Assembly: GCF_001598795.1 (NCBI RefSeq)
Contig: NZ_BCZP01000006.1
Location: 297,008-329,007, forward strand
DNA: 32,000 nt
Direction of reading: 5' to 3'
From: Delftia acidovorans NBRC 14950
Lineage (GTDB): Bacteria; Pseudomonadota; Gammaproteobacteria; Burkholderiales; Burkholderiaceae_C
In this document: positions 23,795 to 32,000 of the stretch, piece by piece
How the letters are laid out: each line of letters opens with the position of its first letter
Position numbering within the stretch: the stretch's first letter is position 1
The notes under the pieces: generated by a model
Told to the model about the DNA's origin: nothing
The model's database searches: none
Seen by the model: the letters and a program-made list of their open reading frames with translations, nothing else
Made by a program: the position numbers and the translations under genes

Positions 23795-24609
23795 AGCCGA
23801 CTCGCACCGCACTGGCGGCCCTGCTAGCCCTCACGGCCCTGGCAGCCCATGCCGACGCCACGCTGGACCGCATCAAGCAGCGCGGCAAGATCGTGGTGGG
23901 GGTGATGCTTTCGGGGCCGCCGTTCGGCACCATCGACCCCGTCACGCAAAAGCATGTGGGCTACAACGTGCAGCTGTCCGAAGGCGTGGCCAAGGGCCTG
24001 GGCGTGGGGGTGGAGACCGTGCAGGTCCAGCCGTCCAACCGCGTGCAGTTCCTGCAGCAGGGCAAGGTGGACATCCTGATCGCCAACATGCAGTGGACGC
24101 AGGAGCGCAGCGAGATCCTGTCCTTCGTGCCCACGCCGTTCGAGGAAGTCGGCGGCGCCGCCATCGCCAAGAAGGGCAGCGGCGTGCGCCAGTGGGACGA
24201 CCTGCGCGGCAAACCCGTGTGCGTGTCGCAGGGCAGCAATTTCACCAAGCCACTGGCCGATCAATACGGCGCCCAGATCAAGGCCTTCCGGGGCCAGCCC
24301 GAGTCGCTGCTGGCCCTCAAGGGCGGCAACTGCGCGGCCGCCGTGCATGTCAGCCCCACGCTGCGCGAACTCGTGGCCAGCAATGCGGACTGGAAGGACT
24401 ACGAGATCGTCTCGCCCGCGGACATCATTCCCTCGCCCTCGGTGATCTGGCTGCGCAAGGGCGAGTCCGACACGCAGGCGGCCATCGACCGCATCGTGCA
24501 GGACTGGCACCGCACGGGCTGGCTGATCGAGGTGGAGCAGCGCAACGGCATGACGCCCACGCCGCTGCTGCACCAGCTGCACGACAAGTTCAGGAAGGCG
24601 CCCGCATGA
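23791..24609 (+). CDS. Amino-acid ABC transporter substrate-binding protein, paralog 3
   Basis: MKPTRTALAALLALTALAAHADATLDRIKQRGKIVVGV.... 272 aa. AAGGGAG RBS, and an ATGA overlap with paralog 2. Confidence 0.88.
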   Translation: MKPTRTALAALLALTALAAHADATLDRIKQRGKIVVGVMLSGPPFGTIDPVTQKHVGYNVQLSEGVAKGLGVGVETVQVQPSNRVQFLQQGKVDILIANMQWTQERSEILSFVPTPFEEVGGAAIAKKGSGVRQWDDLRGKPVCVSQGSNFTKPLADQYGAQIKAFRGQPESLLALKGGNCAAAVHVSPTLRELVASNADWKDYEIVSPADIIPSPSVIWLRKGESDTQAAIDRIVQDWHRTGWLIEVEQRNGMTPTPLLHQLHDKFRKAPA

Positions 24610-26147
24610 GCACCCACACCAGCACCAACACCAGCACCAGCGGCCACATCACCGGCCCCGCCGACCTGGTCACCGCGCTGCGCCACGCCCTGGGCGATGC
24701 CCATGTGCTCACGGGTGCCGATGCGGCCGGCTACCTGACCGACCAGCATGGCCGCCTCACGGGCCAGGCCCTGGCCGTGGCACGGCCTGCCGACACGGCC
24801 CAGGTGGCGCAGCTGGTGCGCCTGTGCCGCGCCCACCGCACGCCCATCGTGGCCCAGGGCGGCAACACCGGGCTGATGGGCGGCGCCACGCCCGACGCCT
24901 CGGGCCACGCCGTGCTGCTGTCGCTGGCGCGCCTGAACCGCGTGCGCGCCATCGACACCGACAACGACACCCTGACCGTGGAAGCCGGCGCCGTGCTGGC
25001 CCATGTGCAGCAGGCAGCGCGCGATGCGGACCGGCTGTTTCCCCTCAGCCTGGGCTCCGAGGGCAGCTGCACCATTGGCGGCAACCTGTCCACCAACGCG
25101 GGCGGCACCCAGGTGCTGCGCTACGGCAACGCGCGCGAGCTGGTGCTGGGCCTGGAAGTGGTGACGGCCGAGGGCGACATCTGGGACGGCCTGCGCGGGC
25201 TGCGCAAGGACAACACCGGCTATGCGCTGCGCGACCTGTACGTGGGCAGCGAAGGCACGCTGGGCATCATCACGGCGGCCACGCTGCGCCTGCATCCGCT
25301 GCCCCGCGCCCAGCACACGGCCCTGCTGGCCTTTGGCTGCATACGCGATGCGGTGGCCTTCCTCAGCCAGGCGCGGGCGGGCTTCGGCGCCGGCCTGACG
25401 GCGTTCGAGCTGATGTCGGACACGGCCCTGGGCCTGATAGCCCGCCATGTGCCTGAGCAGCCGATACCGCTGGCGCTCAAGGCGCCCTGGTTTGCGCTGA
25501 TCGAGCTGTCCGACAGCGAGGGCGAGGACCATGCGCGCCAGCGCTTCGAGTGCGTGGTGGGCCAGGCCTTCGAGGACGGCCTGGTCACCGATGCCGCCAT
25601 TGCCGAGAGCCTGCAGCAAAGCCAGGCCCTGTGGCGGCTGCGCGACCAGGCCCTGGGCGAGGCCCAGCGGCGCGACGGCCGCAACATCAAGCACGACGTG
25701 TCGGTGCCCATCTCGCGCATCCCCGACTTTCTTGCGGCCACGGCCGCGCTGCTGCAGGCGCGCTTTGGCGCCGTGCGGCCCGTGGCCTTCGGGCACCTGG
25801 GCGACGGCAACCTGCACTACAACGTGTCGCACGCGCCGGACAGCACGCCCGCGCAGCTGTTTGCCCAGGAAGACGCCATCCACGAGGTGGTGCACGACAG
25901 CGTGCACGCCCATGGCGGCTCCATCAGCGCCGAGCACGGCGTGGGCCAGACCAAGCGCGACCTGCTGCCCCGCTACAAGAGCGCCGTGGAGCTGCAGCTC
26001 ATGCGGCGTCTCAAGCAGGCCTTCGACCCGCTGGGCCTGCTCAATCCCGGCAAGGTGCTGCAGGCCCTGCCGGACGATTTGCAGCACGACTTGCCGCAGG
26101 TTTCTCCAACGCCAGCCGCCGCATTCCAGGAAGGCCCCACGCCATGA
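24606..26147 (+). CDS. FAD-linked oxidase (GlcD / D-2-hydroxyacid dehydrogenase family)
   Basis: The start is ATG 24606, in an ATGA overlap. 513 aa. The FAD_binding_4 motif is IVAQGGNTGLMGGATP. It also has GSEGTLGIITAATLRL and the C-terminal GGSISAEHGVGQTKR. Confidence 0.85.
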   Translation: MSTHTSTNTSTSGHITGPADLVTALRHALGDAHVLTGADAAGYLTDQHGRLTGQALAVARPADTAQVAQLVRLCRAHRTPIVAQGGNTGLMGGATPDASGHAVLLSLARLNRVRAIDTDNDTLTVEAGAVLAHVQQAARDADRLFPLSLGSEGSCTIGGNLSTNAGGTQVLRYGNARELVLGLEVVTAEGDIWDGLRGLRKDNTGYALRDLYVGSEGTLGIITAATLRLHPLPRAQHTALLAFGCIRDAVAFLSQARAGFGAGLTAFELMSDTALGLIARHVPEQPIPLALKAPWFALIELSDSEGEDHARQRFECVVGQAFEDGLVTDAAIAESLQQSQALWRLRDQALGEAQRRDGRNIKHDVSVPISRIPDFLAATAALLQARFGAVRPVAFGHLGDGNLHYNVSHAPDSTPAQLFAQEDAIHEVVHDSVHAHGGSISAEHGVGQTKRDLLPRYKSAVELQLMRRLKQAFDPLGLLNPGKVLQALPDDLQHDLPQVSPTPAAAFQEGPTP

Positions 26148-27415
26148 CCACGCCCTTTCCCCTTTCGCAGCGCGTGCAGCGCGTCAGGCTCTCGCCCAAT
26201 GCTGCGGCCAGCGCGCGGGCCACGGCCCTGGCCCGCCAGGGCCGCGACATCATTGCGCTGACCACGGGCGAGCCCGATTTCGACACGCCCGAGCCCATCA
26301 AGCAGGCCGCCATCGCGGCCCTGGCCCGTGGCGAAACCAAGTACACGCCCACGCCCGGCACGGCCGCGCTGCGCCAGGCCATCAGCGCCAAGTACCGGCG
26401 CGAGAACGGGCTGGACTTCGACGCCGGGCAGATCATCGTCAGCAACGGCGGCAAGCAGGTGATCTACAACGCGCTGGCGGCCACGCTGGACGCGGGTGAC
26501 GAGGTCATCGTGCCGGCGCCGTACTGGCCTTCGTTTCCCGACATCGTGCGCGTGAACGACGGCACGCCGGTCATCGTGGACTGCGGCATTGAGCAGGGCT
26601 TCAAGCTCACGCCGGCCGCGCTGCAGGCCGCCATCACGCCGCGCACGCGCTGGCTGGTGCTGAACACGCCGGGCAACCCCTCGGGCGCCGTCTACAGCCG
26701 CGAGGAACTGGCCGCCCTGGCCCAGGTGCTGCGCCAGCACCCGCAGGTTCTGGTGCTGCTGGACGAGCTGTACGAGCACATCTGGTTCACGCCCCAGGCC
26801 CCCGCGCACTGGCTGGCGGTAGCCCCCGACCTGCGCGAGCGCACGCTGCTGGTCAACGGCGTCTCCAAGACCTATGCCATGACCGGCTGGCGCATCGGCT
26901 GGGGCGCAGGCCCGGCCGCGCTGGTGCAGGCCATGGTGGTGATCCAGTCGCAGGCCTCGTCAGGCCCCAATTCCGTGGCCCAGGTCGCAGCCGCGGCGGC
27001 GCTGCAGTCGCCCGACCAGAGCTTTGTGCAGCAGGCCCGCAACGCCTATGCGCGGCGCGCGCAACGGGTCACCCAGGCGCTGGACCAGGTGCCGGGCCTG
27101 GCCCTGCTGCCGCCGGGCGGATCGTTCTTTGCCTTTGTGCACTGCGGCGCGCTGATAGGCCACCTGCGCCCGGACGGCCAGCCCATCGCCAGCGACACCG
27201 ACCTGACCGAATGGCTGCTGGAGTCCGAAGGCGTGGCCGCCGTGGATGGCGGGGCCTACGGCCTGTCGCCGTACTTCCGCATCTCCACGGCCGCCAGCGA
27301 CGAGGTGCTGGCCGAGGCTACGGCCCGCATCGCACGCGCCGTGGCCGCGCTGAAAGACCCCGCTGCACAAGCGCAAGCGCATGCACAGCCGGCTGCCCTG
27401 GAGGCCGTGCCATGA
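26144..27415 (+). CDS. Class I PLP-dependent aminotransferase (AspC-like)
   Basis: The start is ATG 26144, in an ATGA overlap. 423 aa. Motifs are GEPDFDTP, YTPTPG, NTPGNPSG and the PLP-lysine motif SKTYAMTGWRIGW. Confidence 0.88.
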   Translation: MTTPFPLSQRVQRVRLSPNAAASARATALARQGRDIIALTTGEPDFDTPEPIKQAAIAALARGETKYTPTPGTAALRQAISAKYRRENGLDFDAGQIIVSNGGKQVIYNALAATLDAGDEVIVPAPYWPSFPDIVRVNDGTPVIVDCGIEQGFKLTPAALQAAITPRTRWLVLNTPGNPSGAVYSREELAALAQVLRQHPQVLVLLDELYEHIWFTPQAPAHWLAVAPDLRERTLLVNGVSKTYAMTGWRIGWGAGPAALVQAMVVIQSQASSGPNSVAQVAAAAALQSPDQSFVQQARNAYARRAQRVTQALDQVPGLALLPPGGSFFAFVHCGALIGHLRPDGQPIASDTDLTEWLLESEGVAAVDGGAYGLSPYFRISTAASDEVLAEATARIARAVAALKDPAAQAQAHAQPAALEAVP

Positions 27416-28161
27416 ACGACAGCCTGCTTGCCCAGGGCGTGCAAGCGCTCAAGGGCCTGGGCCTGAACTACGCCTTCGTGCTGGACGTGTCCGAGCGCCA
27501 GGCCTTTGTGCGCGGCATGTTCGTGACCGTGCAGCTGGCCCTGCTGACCATTGCCGGCAGCCTGGCGGCCGGCGTGGCGCTGGCGGCGGCCCTGACCTCG
27601 GGCCGCGCCTGGCTGGCACGGCCTGCGCGCGCCTTTGTGGAGGTCACGCGCAACACGCCCACGCTGGTGCAGCTGTACTGCGCCTTCCTGGTGCTCAACA
27701 TGCTGATCACCCAGCAGCTGCGCGACTGGGGTGCGGGCAACAACCCGCTCACGCCCTTTGTCTGGGTGGTGATCGTGGTTTCGCTGCACAAGGGCGTGTT
27801 CCATGCCGAGGCGCTGCGCGCCGGCATCGAGGCCGTGCCCGCCACCACGCTGGAGGCAGCGCGCTCGCTGGGCTTTTCGCAGCGCCAGCTGCTGGTGCGC
27901 GTGCAGCTGCCGCTGGCCGTGCGCTTTGCCCTGCCCTCGCTGACCAACAACCTGGTGGACCTGGTGAAGATGACGGCCGTGGCCTCGGCCATTGCCGTGG
28001 GCGACGTGACCTACGAGTCCATCATGATCTGGTCGCAGCGCGACAACGTGCTGGAGCTGCTGCTGCTCATCCTGCTGTGGTTCGGCCTGCTGACCTGGCT
28101 GGTCAGCCTGGCGGGCCGCTGGCTGGAGCAACACCTGAGGATGCCCGGCTATGGCCAATGA
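27412..28161 (+). CDS. Amino-acid ABC transporter permease (His/Glu/Gln/Arg/opine family)
   Basis: The start is ATG 27412, in an ATGA overlap. 249 aa. It is multi-pass hydrophobic with an EAA-like loop: EALRAGIEAVPATTLEAARSLGFSQRQLLVRVQLPLA. Confidence 0.85.
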   Translation: MNDSLLAQGVQALKGLGLNYAFVLDVSERQAFVRGMFVTVQLALLTIAGSLAAGVALAAALTSGRAWLARPARAFVEVTRNTPTLVQLYCAFLVLNMLITQQLRDWGAGNNPLTPFVWVVIVVSLHKGVFHAEALRAGIEAVPATTLEAARSLGFSQRQLLVRVQLPLAVRFALPSLTNNLVDLVKMTAVASAIAVGDVTYESIMIWSQRDNVLELLLLILLWFGLLTWLVSLAGRWLEQHLRMPGYGQ

Positions 28162-28972
28162 AGCCACCCTGAACACCGGCGCCGCGCCCCGTCCGCTGCC
28201 CGCCGCCCTGCTGCGCGCGGCGCGCAGCCCCTGGCTGATCGCGGGCGCCGCACTGCTGGCCCTGTGCGCCTGCTGGGCCGCCACGGACAGCGCCCCGCCC
28301 GCCTTCGTGCACCTGTGGAAATGGCTGCCCGCGCTGCTGCGCGGCCTCCTGGTCAACATCGAGATCAGCGTGCTGGCCGTGGCCATCGGCACCGTGGCCG
28401 GCCTGGTGCTGGGCGCCCTGTCGCTGTCGCCCACGCCGGCCGTGCGCACGGGCGTGCGCTGGTATGTGCAGCTGTTTCGCAATGCGCCCATCCTGGTGCT
28501 CATCTACTTCACCACCTATGTGTTCCCGTTCGAGCTGAAGCTGGTGAGCTGGACCTTTCCGTTCCCCGACTGGGTCAAGGTGGTGCTGGGCCTGGCCCTG
28601 CCCACCAGCGCCAACGTGGCCGAGATCTTCCGGGGCGCCATCCAGTCCATTCCCAGCGCGCAGTGGGAGGCGGCCCAGTCGCTGGCCTTTCGCCGCAGCG
28701 AGATCTTCCGCCTCATCGTGCTGCCGCAGTGCGTGCGCCGCATGCTGCCGCCGTGGATGAACCTCTACGCCAGCATCACCATGAGCACCTCGCTGGCCTC
28801 GCTGGTGGGCGTGCACGACGTGGTGGACACCGCCCAGATCGCCAGCAACACCGTGGCACGCACGGACTTCACCATCCTTGTGTACTTCACGCTGCTCGCG
28901 CTTTTCTTTGCCTATTGCTATCCCATCGCCCGGGCAACCCGGGCATTGGAGCGACGCCATGAACGCCACTGA
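28151..28972 (+). CDS. Amino-acid ABC transporter permease, second subunit
   Basis: 273 aa. The EAA-like loop is EIFRGAIQSIPSAQWEAAQSLAFRRSEIFRLIVLPQ. It overlaps the upstream permease by 11 nt. Confidence 0.85.
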   Translation: MANEATLNTGAAPRPLPAALLRAARSPWLIAGAALLALCACWAATDSAPPAFVHLWKWLPALLRGLLVNIEISVLAVAIGTVAGLVLGALSLSPTPAVRTGVRWYVQLFRNAPILVLIYFTTYVFPFELKLVSWTFPFPDWVKVVLGLALPTSANVAEIFRGAIQSIPSAQWEAAQSLAFRRSEIFRLIVLPQCVRRMLPPWMNLYASITMSTSLASLVGVHDVVDTAQIASNTVARTDFTILVYFTLLALFFAYCYPIARATRALERRHERH

Positions 28973-29837
28973 CTCCTTTCTCTCCCAACTCGCCACGGCC
29001 GATGCCCCCGCAGGCACGGCGCCCGCACTGGTCCACCTGCAGGATGTGCACCTGTCCTTTGGCGACAACCAGGTGCTCAAGGGCATCGACGTGCAGGTGC
29101 GGCGCGGCGAGGCGGTGACCATCATCGGGCCCTCGGGCTCGGGCAAGTCCACCATCCTGCGCTGCATCACCGGCCTGCTGCGGCCCCAGCGCGGCGCCAT
29201 CTCGGTGGCGGGCACGCGCGTGGATCAGCTGCGCACCGAGGCCGAGCTGATCGCCCTGCGCAAGCGCGTGGGCTTCGTCTTCCAGCAGTACAACCTGTTC
29301 CCCCATCTGTCGGTGCTGGAGAACCTGGTCATCGCCCCCACGCGCGTGGTCGGCCGCGACCGCGCCACGGCCGAGCGCGAGGCCCGCGCCCTGCTGCAGA
29401 AGGTGCGCCTGGACCACAAGGAATCCGCCTACCCCGGCGAGCTGTCCGGCGGCCAGCAGCAGCGCGTGGCCATTGCGCGCGCCCTGGCCATGCGGCCCGA
29501 GCTGATCCTGTTCGACGAAGTGACCTCGGCCCTGGACCCCGAGACCGTGGGCGAGGTGCTGACCGTGATCCGCGACCTGGTCAGGGACGGCATGACCTGC
29601 GTGCTGGTCACGCACGAAATGCGCTTTGCCGAAGAGGTCAGCGACCAGGTGTATTTCACCGAGGCCGGCCGCATCGTCGAGCACGGCCCGGCCGCCCAGA
29701 TCTTCGGCAGCCCGCGCAGCGAGCGCACGCGCGAATTCCTGCAGCGCGCCCTGGGCGATGGCGCCCGGCCCAGGCCTGCGCCAGCCGCCCCGGCCACAAC
29801 GCCGCTGCCCTTCAACAGCCTGCGCTTTGCCCTTTGA
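28959..29837 (+). CDS. Amino-acid ABC transporter ATP-binding protein
   Basis: The start is ATG 28959 (MNATDSF...). 292 aa. Walker A GPSGSGKST, signature LSGGQQQRVAIARAL, Walker B LILFDEVTSALD and H-loop THEM. The C-terminal tail is Pro/Ala-rich. Confidence 0.9.
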   Translation: MNATDSFLSQLATADAPAGTAPALVHLQDVHLSFGDNQVLKGIDVQVRRGEAVTIIGPSGSGKSTILRCITGLLRPQRGAISVAGTRVDQLRTEAELIALRKRVGFVFQQYNLFPHLSVLENLVIAPTRVVGRDRATAEREARALLQKVRLDHKESAYPGELSGGQQQRVAIARALAMRPELILFDEVTSALDPETVGEVLTVIRDLVRDGMTCVLVTHEMRFAEEVSDQVYFTEAGRIVEHGPAAQIFGSPRSERTREFLQRALGDGARPRPAPAAPATTPLPFNSLRFAL

Positions 29838-29863
29838 TCCCCCACCTCCAGGAGCACATCCCC

Positions 29864-30535
29864 ATGACCGCAGAAACAACGACTGAAACCCCGGCCGGCA
29901 CAGGCGCAGATACAGGCACCCATACAGACGCCACCACACTGCGCCGCCAGGCCGTGGACGCCGCCCTGGCCGACGTGCGCCAGCTGCTGCAGGCCGGCGC
30001 GCCCGACCGCAGCACCCTGTCGGCCATCACCGCACGCCTGGAGCAGCTGGCCGCGCACAAGGCCTTGTTCAGCCGCGCGGACTTTCCCCCGCCCGCGCAG
30101 ACCGAAGGCGTGGGCGCCTCCACGCGCTACCGCCTCAACCCGGCCGATGGCGATGCGGGCCTGGCCCTGTACCTGAACTCCATCAACCCCGGCAAGACCA
30201 CGGCCCCGCACAACCACACGACCTGGGCCGTGATCGTTGCCGTCGAAGGCCAGGAGCTCAACCGCCTCTACGAGCGCACGGACGACCGCAGCAACCCCGC
30301 ACGCGCCAGCATCCACCTGGCGCGCGAATTCACCGTGCAGCCGGGCGCCTCCATCGCCTTCCTGCCCGATGACATCCACAGCATTGCCGTCGTGGGCGAG
30401 CAGCCCACGCTGCACTTGCATCTCTACGGCCAGCCGCTGGAAACCCTGAGCGGCCGCGTGGCCATCGACCCCGACACCGGCGAAGTCAAGAACTACAACG
30501 CCGCCTACTTCCGTCCCAGCGAGGCCGTGGCATGA
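29864..30535 (+). CDS. Cupin-fold thiol dioxygenase-like protein (cysteine dioxygenase type I / 3-mercaptopropionate dioxygenase family)
   Basis: ATG 29864 lies 9 nt after AGGAG (29850-29854). 223 aa. The pattern NPGKTTAPHNHTTWAVIVAVEGQE ... DDIHSI resembles the PGQxTPIHDHxxWG...G.E...DIH.V signature of bacterial CDO/MDO enzymes. The family call is from memory of that signature. Confidence 0.62.
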   Translation: MTAETTTETPAGTGADTGTHTDATTLRRQAVDAALADVRQLLQAGAPDRSTLSAITARLEQLAAHKALFSRADFPPPAQTEGVGASTRYRLNPADGDAGLALYLNSINPGKTTAPHNHTTWAVIVAVEGQELNRLYERTDDRSNPARASIHLAREFTVQPGASIAFLPDDIHSIAVVGEQPTLHLHLYGQPLETLSGRVAIDPDTGEVKNYNAAYFRPSEAVA

Positions 30536-31755
30536 GCATCCCCCAAGACAAGCACCGGCCCCTGGGCCCGTCGACCCGCCTGCTGCACGCAGGCACGCCG
30601 CCGCTGCAGGGCGGCTCCGGCCCCGTCAACGTGCCCGTGGTGCGCACCAGCACCGTGCGCTTTGCCGACAGCGCCGCCTACGCCGACCTGCACCACCGCC
30701 GCGAGGCCGGCGAGCGCGTGGCCTCCTACGGCCGCCACGGCCTGGACACGCACCGCGCGCTGGAAGACGCCGTGGTCGCGCTGGAGGGCGGGCACCGCGC
30801 CTTTCTCACGCCCTCGGGCCTGTCCGCCATCACCCTGGTGCTCATCGCCCTGCTCTCGCCCGGCGACCATGCCCTGGTGGCCGACAGCGTCTACTCTCCC
30901 GTGCGCCGCGTGGACGCCACCTTGCTGCAGCGCCTGGGCATCACGCTGGAGTACTTCTCGCCCTCGCGCGACGATCTGGCCGGCAAGATCCGCCCCAACA
31001 CCCGCCTGGTCTACCTGGAATCGCCCAGCTCCCTGCTCTACGAGGTGCTGGACCTGCCCGCCCTGGCCGCCGTGGCGCGCCAGCACGGCATTGCCGTGGC
31101 CACCGACAACACCTGGAGCGGCGGCTGGTTCTACCAGCCCCTGGAGCACGGCGCCAACCTCTCCATCCAGGCCGCGACCAAGTACATCGCCGGCCACTCC
31201 GACGTGATGCAGGGCATCGTCATCACCGACGGCCCCGCGCTGTCGAAGAAGATATCCACCGCCTACGAGGCCCTGGGCCTGACCATAGGCGCCGACGACG
31301 CCTACCTGGCACTGCGCGGCCTGCGCACCCTGCCCGTGCGCCTGGCCCAGCACCAGCGCCACGCCACCGAAATCGCCCAGTGGCTGGAGCAGCACCCCCA
31401 GGTCGGCCGCGTCTTCTACCCGGCCCTGCCCTCCGATCCCGGCCATGCGCTGTGGAAGCGGGACTTCAGCGGGGCCAGCGGGCTGGTCTCGTTCGCGTTT
31501 GCCGAAGGGGTGGACGCCGGTGCCGGCGCCGTGTTCGTTGACTCGTTGCGGCAGTTTGCGCAGGGGGCGTCGTGGGGCGGGTACGAGAGCCTGGCGCTGG
31601 TGGCGCAGCCTGAGCGGTTGCGGGAGCACAGTGTGTGGACGGGGACTGCGCCTGTGGTGCGGCTGCATGTGGGGCTGGAGGATCCTTTGGATTTGATTGC
31701 GGATCTGGAGAGGGGGTTTGGGGGGGTGGTGGAGCGGTTCAGGCTGGCTGCCTGA
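30532..31755 (+). CDS. Cystathionine beta-lyase-like PLP enzyme (Cys/Met metabolism family)
   Basis: 407 aa, with an ATGA overlap with the cupin gene. Motifs are STRLLHAG, YGRHG and the PLP-lysine motif AATKYIAGHSDVMQG. Confidence 0.85.
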   Translation: MSIPQDKHRPLGPSTRLLHAGTPPLQGGSGPVNVPVVRTSTVRFADSAAYADLHHRREAGERVASYGRHGLDTHRALEDAVVALEGGHRAFLTPSGLSAITLVLIALLSPGDHALVADSVYSPVRRVDATLLQRLGITLEYFSPSRDDLAGKIRPNTRLVYLESPSSLLYEVLDLPALAAVARQHGIAVATDNTWSGGWFYQPLEHGANLSIQAATKYIAGHSDVMQGIVITDGPALSKKISTAYEALGLTIGADDAYLALRGLRTLPVRLAQHQRHATEIAQWLEQHPQVGRVFYPALPSDPGHALWKRDFSGASGLVSFAFAEGVDAGAGAVFVDSLRQFAQGASWGGYESLALVAQPERLREHSVWTGTAPVVRLHVGLEDPLDLIADLERGFGGVVERFRLAA

Positions 31756-31767
31756 GATTTTTTGGGC

Positions 31768-31869
31768 GCTGCTGCGTTTGCTGCGTTTGCTGCGTTTGCT
31801 GCGTTTGCTGCGTTTGCTGCGTTTGCTGCGTTTGCTGCGTTTGCTGCGTTTGCTGCGTGCGCTGCGCTT
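31768..31869. repeat. 9-bp tandem repeat (GCTGCGTTT)n
   Basis: Nine perfect head-to-tail copies span 31771-31851. A partial copy (gct) precedes them, and two degenerate copies (gctgcgtgc, gctgcgctt) follow. The array starts 13 nt after the lyase stop codon. Confidence 0.95.
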
Positions 31870-31899
31870 GCTGGTTCTGGCCCTGCCGGGGGGTTTCTT

Positions 31900-32000
31900 T
31901 TCGAGGCCGGGTCTCGGCCCGGCGGCCGACCTACCTTCTTTTGCTTCGCCAAAAGAACGTAGGCCAAGAAAAGGCGACCCGGATGTCCGCGACCCTCCGC
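31900..32000. repeat. Possible 5' part of a dispersed intergenic repeat element, cut by the window edge
   Basis: The stretch ...cttcttttgcttcgccaaaagaacgtaggccaagaaaaggcgacccggatgtccgcgaccctccgc resembles, from memory only, a repetitive intergenic sequence seen in many copies in Burkholderiales genomes. I cannot verify this here. Confidence 0.25.

Noticed and set aside
24399-26087. 562-aa minus-strand ORF
   Set aside because: It is antisense to the FAD-linked oxidase, whose FAD-binding and C-terminal motifs are unambiguous on the plus strand.
31768-31869. Possible CRISPR array
   Set aside because: The repeats are 9 bp and directly abutting with no spacers, and there are no cas genes. This is a simple tandem repeat.
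31416-31967. 183-aa minus ORF with (ANA)n, and the 66-aa plus ORF 31762-31962 with (AAF)n
   Set aside because: Both are created by the 9-bp tandem repeat keeping all frames open. The minus ORF also overlaps the 3' end of the lyase gene. Neither has an RBS or protein-like flanks.

Overview
High-GC chromosomal window. Hand counts give about 70% G+C in typical 60-nt lines. Composition and protein similarity suggest Betaproteobacteria, possibly Burkholderiales or Comamonadaceae, but this is inference only. I support 31 CDSs, one riboswitch, one operator region and three small repeats. They fall into five blocks.

(1) 1-11020, minus strand: a cobalamin riboswitch leads a tightly packed 7-gene operon. 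It encodes a TonB-dependent receptor, a BtuF/C/D-like ABC importer, an LLM flavin oxidoreductase, cobW and cobN. cobN runs off the left edge.

(2) 11071-14219: a CHAD protein and a YbaK-like deacylase, then a divergent YheO-type regulator with a serine-racemase-like dehydratase.

(3) 14257-19876: nrtR (Nudix-related ADP-ribose-sensing regulator) lies divergent from a six-gene cluster. The cluster is SPFH, NAD-kinase-like, KptA/Tpt1, HAD phosphatase, NADAR and ADP-ribosylglycohydrolase. A nested pair of palindromes sits in the 87-bp divergent region. This is my best candidate for an uncharacterised NAD/ADP-ribose-centred system.

(4) about 19.93-21.27 kb: a sharply lower-GC islet carries an orphan two-domain chaperone-usher-type fimbrial adhesin. 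A DUF1311/LprI-like gene converges on it.

(5) 21918-31755: a 10-gene operon. It has three tandem paralogous amino-acid binding proteins, an FAD oxidase, an aminotransferase, two permeases, an ATPase, a thiol-dioxygenase-like cupin and a cystathionine-beta-lyase-like enzyme. A 9-bp tandem repeat follows it.

I saw no rRNA, tRNA, CRISPR, transposase or integrase. Many of the longest ORFs in the supplied track are antisense or out-of-frame shadow ORFs typical of high-GC DNA, and I rejected them.
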